Assembly: GCA_964106915.2 (NCBI GenBank)
Contig: OZ066921.1
Source of the DNA: Podarcis gaigeae
Lineage: Eukaryota
Strand: one strand, 5' to 3'
Length of the DNA: 64,000 nt
The translations under genes were made by a program, and so were the position numbers. The notes under the pieces are model-generated. The model was given only the letters and a program-made list of their open reading frames with translations, had not been told where the DNA came from and did not search any database. Below are positions 11,233 to 25,219 of this stretch, in pieces (position 1 is the first letter of the stretch; each line of letters opens with the position of its first letter).

Positions 11233-14200
11233 TAATAATCAGATGAGCTGGGTTGCTGGTGATGCACAGAAGGCTTATAAAAGCAGCCAATTAAAATAAA
11301 TGAAATCTAGCAAATGTTTAAGTGCTGTTTCCCATCTTCACAACCATGTAAGAGTTCACATTTAATAAGTTATTAGCAGCGCTTTCCAAAGATGCTTCTT
11401 CATTTGTTATATTCTTTACACAGGGTATAAAGCATATATTGGTGTAGAAAGCATATATACACTACCATAATGTATATATGCAAACTTGGGATATTTACCT
11501 CAAAAAGGTAAAATGTGTATAAAACTTCTTGCTGGAAAAAACCCTCAAAGCATTTTTTGGTAAACAATGTTGAGGGTTGGTTTTTTTGCAATCAAGCAGT
11601 ATATAAATTTTATGAAATGATATTAAATAAATAAGATTCGGTGGAATTTGGGGAAAATCAGGTCTCTGCTTAGGTGCATTTTTTAGAGGAAAGTGGCTTA
11701 AGCTAGAAATAGGCGGCATGGCACTCACAAATGATGCGGTATATGAGATTTAGGGCCGCAGGAGTCACCAACCTTGTGGGGCCTGTGGACACAACTGCAA
11801 ACTAGAGAAATTGTGGACAGCACAACAACAACAACCAACCACACACCACAGCCTATTCTGCTGATTACAATGGAATGCTTCTCTCAAAACTAATTTCAAG
11901 AAAGGGAGTGTAGGCTCTGGGCACCAGAAAATCCTTGCCAGGCATATCCCGGAAGTGGTGTATCATAGTGGCTCAGAGACAGTTACAAATCAGGCAATCC
12001 CCAGTTCACCTCTCATGTCTGCCATGAACTCCATAGCTGGCATTGGACAAGCCGCAGTCTATTGCTCAGCCTTCCTCCCCTACCACGTCCCTATCTGCAA
12101 AATGGAAAGATGCCACTGGTGTACCTGACAGCAGTCTTTGCCAAACTGGTGCCCTCCAGATGCTTTGGCCCATTGGCCCAAGCCAGCACAGACGTTTTGG
12201 AGAAAAGGCAGCCTTACAGAGTTGTTGCAAAGACTGCAGTTAGGTAATGTACATAATGTACATAAAACATAATATAGATATAAAGGTCCCCCATGCCTAC
12301 AAAAGATTCCACTCTAACTTCTTTTTTGCCCAGTGTGCTTGGGACTGCCTCCCCTCACTCTAAACCTACCTTTTCTTTGAATTCTTTGACTCAGCCCTCT
12401 AGTTCCTCATGCTCTGTGCCAACTGCTGCTGCCTCGAAGAGGACTGCCCTTGATGAGAGTTTGGAGACTGCAGCTAGTGTAAAATGCAACTGCTAGGCGG
12501 GTCAGTGGGGTAGCCAAATAGGATCATGTGTCCCTTGTCCTGAGAGCACTGCACTCCCTCCCTCAGTACCTGCCCCTTGAGGCAGCTGCCTCACTCTACC
12601 TCATGGTATCTGTTGCATTTGGTGATAGAACAAGATGTTTCTCAGCATCATTCCAGAGTACATGTATTGCTGATGCAGAATTATAATTTATAGAACTGTG
12701 AGAGAGTAAGGGAAAAGGTATCTTTACCCAGGTGTCTTAAAGGCTAGCAGAGAAGATGGGCATCTCTTGCACAGGAATTACTGCTCAACCAACTAAGCTC
12801 ATCGGATGTTTAAATGTGGTATGTAAGGAGGTTAAAAGACACACACACACCCTTCTATGTAGCATTAAAGGGAGCAAAGGTCTTCTTTTCTTTTTCCCTG
12901 CCTTTTCCAGCTGTTGTGAAGCTCTTATCTGAACTGCAGCCAAGGAGAACAAAACAAAGCACAAACTCCAGCACAGCCTTACTGAGAAGTAACATTTTTG
13001 GCTGCTGATGGGCTGAGATTCAAGTATCTCTCTGTGCTAGTGTTTATTTCTTCCAATGTGTTCTTGTTGCCACTGAGCAGGCTGTGTTTGTGAAAACAGC
13101 AGGCAGCAGCAGCAGCACACCCTGGGTGAGAGGCAACAAAAGAAAAGAAAGAAAAGCTGATCAGGCAAGGAAGGAAGATTTGTCCAGGTTTCAGAACTAG
13201 GCTTTTCCACCTCCTTCCTCCCCTTCACTCCCACTCATTCTCTAGCTCAAGCATGGGGTACATCACTCCAGCAGCCCCCTCCAAAAAAACAAAAAAAAAC
13301 CCTCTACACCTGTGGCCCCACCCACAAGAGGGAGAAAGTACCTGCACACACTCTTTTTCCAAGGACTGACAGTTAGATCCAATGGAATTAACTGGAACAT
13401 TGAAGAGCCAGTCAGTTTAGAGTAGACAGTTCTGATCTAGATGGACCAGTGGCCTGACCTAGCATCCTGTGAATGTGCAAACACTTTGCATTTTCCCCAA
13501 GGACTAACTTACAGCATGGTGACTGCTCAGAAAAGACTGGGGACATGATAACTAACTATTCAAAAGCATGCAGAGAACATACTCTGAATGTGGAAAATAT
13601 GCACGTCGAGTTCTCAAGTAAGAAAATAAAACGAGGAGGCAGGCATAAGGGCTTGAGCCAGAGCCCTGGCTTAGCCCCAGTGCCTTTTACAAGGCAAGAA
13701 AAGTATATTGCCGGAGTAAACTGGGGGGGACAAATATGAAGATGTGAATAGCTTCATGATCAGGTGATGGCCATAGCCAATGGAAAAATGCTGATGTTTT
13801 ATGTAACACCACCACCCAGTGGCTGTTTCTGGAATTTGCAGTCTTTCAAAGTCACAGTTTCCAAATTGCAATATCAAGAGGCCTCCAAAGGCAGCTTGAG
13901 GAGGAAGCTTGTCTAGTTCCACTTATGTTTGAGACACAAACAGAACCACGGGAACAGAACCACAGGAAGTGAGAAAGTCTAGGTGCAATGAAAACATAGG
14001 GGTTTGCCATGATCCCATCACTGGTTCCTCCGGAGGAAGCCAGGTACAGAGTGGTTTTCAGGAGAAAGTTGCCACAGTCTGAATCAGAAGCATAATCCAG
14101 ATTGGGGCCTGAAGCTGCTTTTTCTCCAGAGTAAATACAGCCAGGTTAAGTTTGTTTATTAAAGTGTGTGACTAACTAATAATAACAAAAACAATGGTAG

Positions 14201-16707
14201 TTTTATTATTTATACCCTGCCCATCTAGCTGGATTGCCCCAGGCACTCTGGACGGCATTTGGTCTCTGACCTAAGTTCTCCACCTGTAAAATAGGATCAG
14301 TAAAAGACCTTGCAGGATTGTTCAGATGGAGAACATTTTGAAAATGAAATCAGATTTCTTCTCCACCTGTGATCTAAAGGGCCACAAACACATTTTGTAC
14401 TGCCAGCACAATCAAGTGTCAAGGCATTTTTCTGAAGTCTACCAGGGAGTGGGAGTTGATTGCATATGTGCTTCTTCCCAGAAGCAGACACCATCCCTGC
14501 AAATAAAACACATAACATGTCAGGGTGATGGTTAGATCAATCTTTTTTGCTTTTATGTGCAGAGGTATTCTGCTTCCACCATCACCTTTAACTAAGCCTA
14601 CCTGCAGAGCAAAGCGAAAGAGAAACTTCTCCTAGCAGGTTCCTAGCAATAACATTTTTGATTTAATTGTTCATGACTTGCAGTGCCAGGAAAAATTTTG
14701 GCAACTGATTTTCTTGAAATGGCTCTTGATGAGGATTTATCATCAGAGGCATGGATCTGGTTTTAGAAAATTGATGTAGTGCTTTTGAGAATTCACAGCA
14801 CTTCAAATACATTCTCCATTTTAAAGTATGTTAATTCTTGCAACCTTTTAACATAGGCCAGTATTATTATCCCCACTTTAGATGGGAAAGTGGGGGGGGG
14901 GGACTATGACTATATGAGTGCAAAGGGCTTAGTGTTTATGCATCACTCACGGCAGCTAACTAAAATCAAGAATGAAATACACTAAAACAAAGAGCCTCCC
15001 ATAACAGTTAGAATGTGAAGAACAATCCCATTCAAGAAGAGGCAGAGCTCAGATGTTAAGAGAAATGGGGGCCATCAATTGAAGAAACCTTCCCTCAACA
15101 CCCACCAGGCTTTCCCTCCCCCCCCCCCCTTTCTTGGTGGGTGTAGCCTTTAAGCACTAGTTGAGGTTCTCCTCATGCCTCAGTGGGAGGGCACAAATCC
15201 CCATACAAACACTGTTGCTGTTGAGCACACACTCTGTTTCTGCGGCGAGACATAATTCTTTTGAAATTGGATCACATCAGGGCTGCAGTGTCCCAATTTC
15301 TCCGTGCTAGCGTCCCCGGTTTGGTTTTCCTGTCTGCTTTCCTGACCGGCTGAAGTTGGCAAAGTTGCATCTGTTCATTCCCTTTCCACCTCTCCCCCCC
15401 ACCTCCCAATTCCTTTTCATAAGACCTGTGTGTGTGTGTGTGTTTTCTTTCACTCTCATTCCCTTGCCTTGTAGGCCTGACTGCTTCCTTGTTCTGATGA
15501 CCTAGAAAGCTAATTCTTCTCAAACTATTAACTGCAGCATAAGAACATACTGAAATAATTTTCCTCGGGAAAGCATTTTTTCCGGGCGCCGAAAGAGAAC
15601 AAAAAAAAAAACTTGCTTGAGCATACAAGCTTAAATGGCTCTCTTTGGCTGCATTACTACTGTGGCCACTTAAGAGCTATATGGGCAAGGATTTCCTGAG
15701 ATGCTTTTGCAACCCTAGCTAGGACAGTGGATGTGGGCAAGGCCTTTGATATGCAGATAAGCCGCAAATGTTTCCACTAACAGGAGGAGAGTAACATCAG
15801 GAATGTCTGGTGCTAATTTTTCAGATTTTAAAATAAGATAAGTGTATTCCATACACTCACCTACTGGAATGAGGGCTGCTTTGTCAATGCCATCTGGGTC
15901 TTTTTCCTCGCATGTGTGTTTCATTTGCAGAATTAGTCTCCCATTGGCTGAGGGAAACTGTTTCACAATGGCCAAATCTCTGGAGACTTTCTTTCTTTTG
16001 AAGAGATGGTGTTGATCCTGTCTATCGCTGCATCAAGACAGTGCTTAAACAGAAGTACATGCAGCGGGGTGGACTCAAACTCAGCATCGTGTAGAGTGAA
16101 CAAAGGCTCTTTTACATCACTCATGAGTTTTGGGGGAACACCATGGCATTTTAAAGTTTAGCACAGTTTCAACAACAGAAAAGCAGGAGGCCTGCCTGAG
16201 CACTGTTCTTTGTTTTGTGCATCTTGCAAGCTAGGTTTCTTTACGAATGTAGTTTTGTTAAGGGGCTTGGTATCTACCACCAAGCCTTTACCTCCATCTG
16301 TCACCCTTTTGTACAGGTGCTTTTGCATATGCAGAAACGTAATCACTTGTTCTTATTTTGGAGTTGTCTGGATTATGCTGTTTAATTGTCACAATGCAGA
16401 AATGCAGCTAATTATTCCAAAGGACCTCAATCTAAATACATATTTGGAAATATGTTGTTCTTGTGCAATGTCCTTTGATGGCATCAATGGGTCTACTCAA
16501 GACTTTCAGGCAACAAAAGTTGTTACCTACCCAGATACTATGTTCTGAGAGCAACAGAAGGAAGTTTAACCAATAATGGTGCTGGGAGCCATTGGTAGTT
16601 GGAGCTGAAGAGACGGCATGCATCTACATTTCCCTTGGCTTCCAAAATGTTAGTTGCCAGTCCTTTCTTTCCCAATTCATACTGATCTGCCCCTCTTCTC
16701 TTCGCAG

Positions 16708-18629
16708 ATATGCCACCACTGCTGCCAATGGACCTCAAAGGAGAACCTGGACCTCCTGGAAAGCCTGGCCTAAGAGGACCTCCTGGCCCACCTGGCTACC
16801 CTGGGAAACCCGGCATTGGCAAACCAGGGCTCCACGGCCAACCAGGCCCCGCAGGCCCACCTGGCTTTTCTGGCATTGGCAAACCAGGCATCCCAGGGCT
16901 CCCTGGCAAGGCAGGTATGAAAGGGATGCCTGGAATTAATGGTGAGCCGGGCATGAGAGGAGACCAAGGGCCACGAGGCTTGCCAGGCCCTCCAGGAGTG
17001 CCTGGCCCAGCTGGCATTTCTGTGAACGGAAAGCCAGGCGCAACAGGAAGCCCAGGCCTGCCAGGATTCCGGGGGGAGCCTGGGGCCAAAGGAGAGCCCG
17101 GTCCCCGTGGCGAGCGTGGCATGAAGGGTGAAAATGGAGTTGGGAAGCCAGGGTTGATAGGGCCGCGGGGAAACGGAGGCCCCCCAGGCCCTGCAGGACC
17201 TCCGGGGCCACAGGGAATTGGGAAACCTGGACTTGATGGGTTGCCTGGTGCTCCAGGTGGCAAAGGTGACCCAGGGCTTCCAGGAGAGCCAGGGCTCATT
17301 GGGCAGCCTGGCCCTATGGGCCCACGTGGCCCACCAGGTGTGGATGGAATTGGTGTGCCAGGGGCAGCTGGTGTGCCTGGACTGCAAGGGCATATGGGCC
17401 CCAAGGGAGAACCTGGTCACCGTGGCCTTCCTGGCATGCCTGGGCCTACAGGGTACGGGAAGCCTGGGTTGCCTGGCTTAAAGGGAGATCGTGGGCAACC
17501 AGGTGTGCCAGGAATCAGCGGAGAAAAAGGGGAGCCCGGAATGGATGGAGAGCCAGGTGAAATGGGTCCCCCTGGTATCACTGGGGCCCCTGGGATTCCT
17601 GGTTCTATGGGCATGCCAGGTAAACATGGCATTCCAGGCCCTAAAGGTGAAGCTGGACCAAGTGGGCCTGCAGGGCTACCAGGTATGCGCGGGGACCAAG
17701 GGCCTAGCGGTTTTGTGGGGAAGCCAGGGATTCCTGGGGAGCGAGGATTGCCTGGACCACAAGGGATGCCTGGCCCAATGGGCCCCAAGGGGGAAGGTGG
17801 ATTCGCTGGTCTCCCTGGGGTCCCCGGGATTACAGGGCCCATGGGCCCAAAGGGGGACTCTGGTATTCCAGGGCAACCAGGCCTCAGAGGCTCATCAGGG
17901 ATACCAGGTCTGCAAGGCCCTTCTGGTCCAATGGGGCCCCAAGGTTTACCAGGACTGAAAGGAGAGCCTGGCCTCCCAGGCCAACCAGGAAATGGCAAAG
18001 TAGGGGAGCCGGGTATTGTAGGTCCCAGTGGGCCACCAGGGGTTCCAGGAAATCCTGGATTAAATGGGCTTCCAGGACCACCAGGGCCACCTGGACCCCC
18101 AGGAGCACCCGGGATGTTTGATGAGACAGGGATTGCTGGCCTCCACTTGCCAAATGGAGGTGTAGAGGGAGCAGTTCTGGGGAATGGCAAGCCTGGGAAG
18201 CCACAGTTTGGCCGAGGGGAACTATCTGCCCAGATGGTACCTGCCTTCACTGCCATCTTAACATCACCATTCCCAGCCTCAGGAATGCCAGTAAAATTCG
18301 ACAGGACTTTGTACAATGGTCACAACGGCTATAACCCAGTGACAGGAATCTTCACTTGTCCCATCTCTGGCATCTATTATTTTGCCTATCACGTGCACGT
18401 TAAAGGAACTAATGTCTGGGTGGCACTTTACAAAAACAACGTGCCTGCCACCTATACCTACGATGAATACAAAAAAGGCTACTTGGACCAAGCTTCCGGT
18501 AGTGCAGTGCTTGAACTCAAAGAGAACGACCAGGTCTGGATCCAAATGCCATCGGATCAGGCCAACGGTCTGTACTCCACTGAATACATCCATTCATCTT
18601 TTTCTGGATTCCTTCTCTGCCCTACATAA
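16708..18629 (+). CDS. COL8A2: Collagen VIII alpha-2, terminal coding exon (Gly-X-Y triple helix + C1q/NC1 domain)
   Basis: Acceptor ttcgcag|AT; [14 protein letters not shown] start; long Gly-X-Y run with GxGKPG imperfections; C1q domain ending [18 protein letters not shown]-stop, which I recognise as the alpha-2(VIII) C-terminus. Total 693 aa. Confidence 0.97.
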
Positions 18630-21270
18630 CAGCTGTTGGGCACACCTCCTTTAATCCACTGTAGCCATAAACTTGTCTGTTAAAAATAAAATAAAAAACA
18701 GTGTCACTGGGAAGATGGTGAAAACCAATGGTGTGTGGAACCATTTTGACCAAGCTGAGAAGATAATTTGAGAGAGAAAACTTTGCTGTTGTTTTCAGTA
18801 CCATCTTTGTATTCAGAATTTAGTGTACCCTAGTGACTGCAGATTGACCACAGATGCTAACTTGAGGATTAGCTGCCCGTCAGTTCTCTTAGGATGCACG
18901 GAAGGCATGCGATGGACAGCAGCACTCGGGGATCTGCAGGTTGTGTGACGTATCAACTTAAGACACCACCTTCCAAATTTAGCATTTGTTCACTTTTAAT
19001 CTTTCTGCTCTAAAAGTGTGATTCAAGTCAGTCAAATTGTGACAAAGTGATGAATTAATTGTGGAATGCTTTGCATGAGCACCTTTTACACAATGCTTAA
19101 CACATCTTTAAAGCATGCCATCAGAGGTATATGGGGAAAGGGATGGCAAGTGAAACATATTCCAAAGCCAGAGACTTTTGTGATCCTCTACAAAAACAGG
19201 ACTTCCTAAAGTGCACATGCTTGATAGTCCCTAAGCAAATCAAGTAGCTAAATATCCTTCATGAGTCAGCAGCCTAAAAAGATAGTTCTATGAACGCTGT
19301 TGTCTGACAAAACCAGTGTAAAGGCACTGCAGATATAGGTTCAGTTGCTACTAGCTTGACTTGTGTTATCTTCGAAGTGCCAGTTAAGAGACCATTTTTT
19401 TCAGGATGTGTAAACTTATTTGTTGTTCAGGGTGGTGGAAGTACCCAACCACCATAAAAATGTTGATTTTTAAAAAAAGTAGATTTCATGGTAACTTTCC
19501 ATTCAATCATTTCTACAACGGTGCTATTAGCTACTTAATGTTATTCAGTATAGTGCAATATCTAATAAAGGTGCAAATTGTTGTGTGCAAAGATTTATGT
19601 GATTTTGGAAAAGAATAATTTGTCTTTTCTTACCACTTTCTCTCAATAATGCTTGAAATGTCACCTGCCTTACAAGGTTATTCACAGATTTTGGGATAAC
19701 TGATCATGTGTACAGTGCTTTCAGAAGTGGTAACGCATACCCTTAAATTGCTGAAGAGTGAGCTCTCTCATCTTGGAGAAATAATATGCTGTTTTGGTGA
19801 TACCACATAAAAATAAGCAAGAGCCCCTTACTGTTTAGCCCTGTTATGAAAAAAATAGATGGAATTAATCCAGTTCATAGTTCAGAGCTTCTTTTCAAGT
19901 GTCCAGGATGCCAACAATACAGCGAGAGTGGCTTAGTTCAATCTCCCAGGTTTAATGTAGATAAAGGTATTTAAACATTAAAATGCAGTGGACTTTAAAT
20001 TTGTGAACAAGTATTCTAGGGCGACGGTTGTGAGAGAAAAAAATCATCACATTTTGGTTTGTAAAAATAACTAACACTGATAGATGGATGCTGGAGAATT
20101 GAAATTTAGGTCACCTGCTATTTCAGCTGCACTGCCAACTGCCTCTTCTTCTTTCCTTCATTTAACTTAAACTTGTATGATTTAGACACAAGCAAAAGAA
20201 TAGGCCCAAGATTTCTGATTCCATCTGATGTTTTCTAAATTCCTGGAGAGGACAAGAATGCCAAAGGCACACTCTGCTTGCAATAACATCTTTGGTTTCA
20301 CATTGGGTCACCACAGGCTAAAACTGAAGAAGCCAAGTGCACACATTTTCTACGTGCCTAATATTGGAAGAAGGCTTCCAAGAGACTGGTGCTCTAAATT
20401 TAAGTCTATTTTTCTGTGAAGTAGAATATTAAGCTTCAATTATTAACACCATCAGATCTAAGAAAATGTGTTACTATTTAAAAGTCAGATTGGCAGAGAT
20501 TGAAAGTGTGGTGGATAAGTACTCTAACAGCAGCAGAGAATCACATAAACCCCAGAATTGCTCCTGGGTGTGTTGGTACACAATTTATTTATACTGTGTT
20601 CTAACACAGAGATAACCTCTTTTTTCAGTTCCTTTGGAGATTCAACATTTGTGATCTGGCTGGTAAGACAGAAAACACAATGACAAAAAGCACATTTATC
20701 TCCAAACTAAATTGTTTTGTTTCATGGGTGCTGTCCTGCAGCCTCACTCTTCCCTTCTCTCATACAGGGCATAACCCTTCTGCATTTATACAACTTTTTA
20801 AACTTCTTAATATAGAGGCTGTTATTACACATAGGAAATGAAGTGTGGGATGAAGAGGCTGATTCACATGAGTTATCTTTTTTTTTTTTTTTTTAATGAG
20901 ATGCCAGATATTGTCTGTGACAAAGTTTGGGGGTTTTTTTGTTGGAGAGCATGTGGGAATTAGGTTTCAGTCAGCAGAAAGATCAGGTTTGGAAACTACT
21001 TTGAACTGTGCATTACAATATGCATTTTTATATACAAATTCTCTCTCTTTTAAAGAAAAGAAGTTTGCCTCTAGTATCTTCATTGCTAACCTAGTATATA
21101 GCGAATTTTTAGTTTTGTAAATACTTATGTTACATGCACTGTTTCATAGTAAATTTGGTTTTAAAATGCACTCTTGTTTTGTGATCAAAAACTGGTCTTC
21201 ACTTTTGAACTGAAACTACAGTACTTGATTGTATTGACCCAACATCAATAAATCTTATTTTACAAAAAGA
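18630..21270 (+). other. COL8A2: Probable COL8A2 3' UTR; candidate poly(A) signals AATAAA near 18685, 19563 and 21247
   Basis: AU-rich, repeat-poor sequence after the stop codon. The true 3' end is inferred, not shown. Confidence 0.5.
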
Positions 21271-22463
21271 TTTGCATTTCACATTACTGCCTGCAAAAAT
21301 CATGCCAATGTAAATATTGTTTGTTTGTTTGTAAGCCACTTTGGGTTGCCTTGGGCAATCTAAAGCGACTAGCAAATTCAATAAATAATAATAGTAATAA
21401 TTATATTTTCACTCCTTGTCTTTAGAGCAAGCCTGTTCTTTGATCACCACTGTGAACAAACAGAAGGTTTTCAAGCTGACCAGGACAGCTAAGGACTGAC
21501 CCAGAGGCCATTGTATGCACAGGGAGGTCTCACGAGAAAGGTGGCAGTGCCACAAACATTGACACCAACAGTGCTTTTGGTTTAGAGTTTGTTAGAATTT
21601 AAACTCTAATTTGTTTCTTAAAAACAAATAAGAATTCAAACCAGGTAGGAGGATATCCTGAGCCATTTTCCTTGGGGGCATTGCACTACTTCTACCACCA
21701 CCACAAAGTTCAGTGGAGGTAGGGTCATGTAATCTGGATTTTGCACGTTTGCACAAATGATAGTCCCCGACGTGGACATCTGGTGGCACTGGAGTCCAGA
21801 CAGGCATGCTGGGTGGACAGAAATGTGGCACCTACTCCCCTTCAAACTTAGGAGGATGCATCATCCATTTGGCCTTTTGTTTTCTATTGAGGGCAGCAGT
21901 GTATTTTACTTGATTTTAAATTTACTACTGGTAACACACATTCCTGGTTATCAAAGACATATGTAAAATCTCCAGATTTCAAGTACTCCAAGGTTACTCA
22001 GTTACAAGACAAGAGAGTCCAGTCTTTCGTCCTCTGGCTTTTGCCAACCACACATGAAATTCAAAAGCAATTTCTGTAGCTACCGTTTGATGAATTTGCA
22101 CCATAACAATGGACGGAAAGCAATGCTTACAAATCCTTACCTTGCTCCTAGCAGAGCTCAGTACCAAGGGTTCCCAACACTTGGGCATAGTGAACTGAGA
22201 GAGATTCGACTCCAACTGAGATTTAATAATAAAAGTCTAAAAATCAGAGACTGTAAGAGGAGCAAGATATTATGTATGCAGCAGAAAGCAACTGGCACTT
22301 CGAGCAATTGGTTACAAGAGGAACCTTTATCTGCCACACAAAATATCCTAGGCATGTTTCCCATGAGGGAAAAGAAGCCCCACATTGCAAACGAGTTCTT
22401 CTTTGGAAGATGAAACAGAAACACAGTTCTGATGACGAGGTACAGGGTTCCTTTTTCCATGCC

Positions 22464-22756
22464 TCAAATCCGCTGGCAGTAGAGTTCATACAAGCTGTCA
22501 GCCAACTTCTCTGTCTCCTCAAAAGATTCACAGCTATACTTCCAGCTTTGGGGCACCTGCTCTTCCCCATAATATGCCCCAGCAATTGCCCCAGCCATTG
22601 TAGCAATGGTGTCTGTATCCCCACCCAATGAGATGCAGTAGACAATGGTCCGTTGCAGACTGTTGAAGTCCTCAGGGATATCTGGGTGAGACTCCATGCA
22701 GCGCAGAAAGGAATAGATAGCAGTGGGGACAGAGCGCAGGGCTGCAATGTCATTGC
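22464..22756 (-). CDS. ADPRS: ARH3 exon 6 (terminal)
   Basis: tgtcag|; GNDIAALRSVPTAIYSFLRC...SLGGDTDTIATMAGAIAGAYYG...YCQRI-stop (DTDT metal motif). CDS total 1074 nt = 357 aa. Confidence 0.95.
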
Positions 22757-23351
22757 CTGACAAAAGAATTAATTCCCTTTAGCAAGCAACAGCACATGCA
22801 TCTAGCCTTCCACCATAAACTCTCATTATATTCAGTACAAAGTGATTACTATAGAAACGTGTATGTGTGTGTACCCATACCGTTATATACATGACCATTA
22901 TGCCTCACATAAATCCACAAGCATGTTATGCTGGCTATAAACACATCCTAGTGTGCACCTCCAAGATCAGATACTTGGAACTGTGGCTACTCTGAATGCT
23001 GAAGTTGCATTTCTGCCTATCAACAGGTAGTTCCCAAAAGACCTAACCATTAAAAACTCATGTGTATGTATGTGTTTAAGCTATTTATACCACAACTTTC
23101 ATAACATCCTATGAAAATTTCCAACAGCCAAGTAAACACTGTGTGAAGATAATTTGTCCTAAACCTCCCACAATTCATCCACTCTCTCACACACAATTGA
23201 GCAAATATTTTACTATTCTATCTACTTCCTCCCCAATGCTGATGATTTAAATAAACCACATGCTTGAATTTTACAATTCTACAGATTAGTGTTTTACTGT
23301 TTTCTGGTCACAAAATGGGAGTCCATGCCTTGTGCTCAATATTGCACATAC

Positions 23352-23452
23352 CTAATTCTGACACCACATCTGATTTTGACACGGTGCTCTGCTCCAAAAA
23401 TTCTTTGATCTTCTTTAGACGCTTTGAATATGGCAACTCCTCATAGCCCAGC
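23352..23452 (-). CDS. ADPRS: ARH3 exon 5
   Basis: ctccag| ... |gtatgt; 101 nt; LGYEELPYSKRLKKIKEFLEQSTVSKSDVVSEL. Confidence 0.93.
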
Positions 23453-23566
23453 CTGGAGATGAGAGACTGGGTTGAGGCATGTGCTTCAAAGGGGGAAGGG
23501 TATGCTGCCCCCTTGTGTTACAGCCAAGTATAAATGTGAGCCTGCCCTCAGATGGCTATTACTTAC

Positions 23567-23754
23567 ATTCGTGCATCCGCAACAGACTTGTCATCTGCTT
23601 CCACTTCCTCCATGTGGCCTATCAGCTGCTCCACGAACTTCTCCCGATTCAACTCTACAGCCTGTAGAGCGTAGTGAACTGCCAAAGCCTGCAGTATGGC
23701 TCCATTATAGCCCAAGGAATTGGAGTGGGTCAATTCAGCACTCAATTTGGCAAA
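23567..23754 (-). CDS. ADPRS: ARH3 exon 4
   Basis: ctgcag| ... |gtaagt; 188 nt; FAKLSAELTHSNSLGYNGAILQALAVHYALQ...ADAR. Confidence 0.95.
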
Positions 23755-25219
23755 CTGCAGAAGCAGAAGACACTGTTGTAAAAATTAAGCTAGAAGAAGG
23801 GGGCATGTCTTAACCCAACAGGGTGCATGTCTTACCTGCCTAGCATCTTCTTTGACAGATGCTGGCAACAAATGTTGTAGGAAGCAGTGACAAAGCAGTC
23901 TAAGAACTCCCTTGCCTTTCTGACTTACCCACAGTATCAATATATGCAGTTGAACCTAAGAAGGTAAGACAACCCTGCTAGACCAGGCCACTATCTGAAG
24001 CTGAATGTGAGAAAATTCAGAACAGATTAGACAAACTCATGGAAGATATAGCTGTCAGTGGCTTATAGCTATTAAGCAGTATGCCTCTGAATACCAGTTG
24101 CTGGGGAACAAGTTAGAAATGTTCTGCTCAGGTCCTGCTTATGGGCTTTTCTTAAGGACCACTATGAGGACAGGAATGATGTTGGACTAAATGACCCTTT
24201 AGCCAGATGCAGCATGGCTCTTATGTTCTTAGCCTGTCTCCACAGTGGCTGACCCAATGCTTTCAGAAAGCCCACCAGCAGTACATGAAAGCACTACCCC
24301 CACCCTTCTTGTTCCTCAGCAACTCCTTATTCAGAGGAATTTTGTCTCTAAATATGGTGGTAGTTATTAGTGGACTTACTTTCCTTGAATCTGTTTCATC
24401 ATTTTTTACAAGCCATATAAATAAATGGCCATCACCATGGCTTCTGGCAACAAATTATAAAAATCCTGAATGAACTTTTCTAAACTTCTCTGATATCACA
24501 ACATGAAAAGAATTCTCTTCAATCTGTTCTGATACTGCTCCTTAATCCAATGCTGCTACCACCCTGCCTAAGACTTTTTGCATGTTGCAACATGACTCTT
24601 CTCAATGTCATGACCGCACGGTATATGTGAGGGGAACTGTTACACACACACACACACCATTCACTGACAAGTCCCTGAGAGCTCCCACCAACACTACGAT
24701 AACAGTAGGCACAACTGCAGCAACTTCCTAAGATATTGGCACCACAATGTGCAGGACCAAAAGCACGGCAACCAGCAAATGGCTGCATTGGAGAGATTAT
24801 GGGGGGTGATATTGTTGGATTGCTCCTTACAGAGTTTATGCAAATATTACAAAAACATTGGCCCATGCAGATATGAGACTGTTGCATATTTTGGCTAATT
24901 AAACCAACATATTATTATTTATTTATCTGTCACCTAATATGCAAATTACATGCACAAGTAAAAAGTGCCATCCAGTTTAATGAAGCAATACACACACACA
25001 CACCAAAAAAACCATGCACACCCAGAAACAGCAGTAAGCATCATACATGTCAACGTGGCACTGGAAAGATGTTAATGCCAGCATTTGGTGGGTCTCACTG
25101 GAGACAGCATTCCATACACACAGATATGTCCATCCAGCCTAGGACAATGTTTGTGATGCGCTTTTATTGTTATGTAGTCAGCATTATTTCAGCAGGCTAC
25201 ATATAAGAAATCAACAAAC

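Noticed and set aside
16770-18316. Long antisense ORFs (216, 202 and 299 aa) with Pro/Gly repeats
   Set aside because: Mirror images of collagen GGN-CCN codon periodicity on the opposite strand; no independent evidence of a gene.
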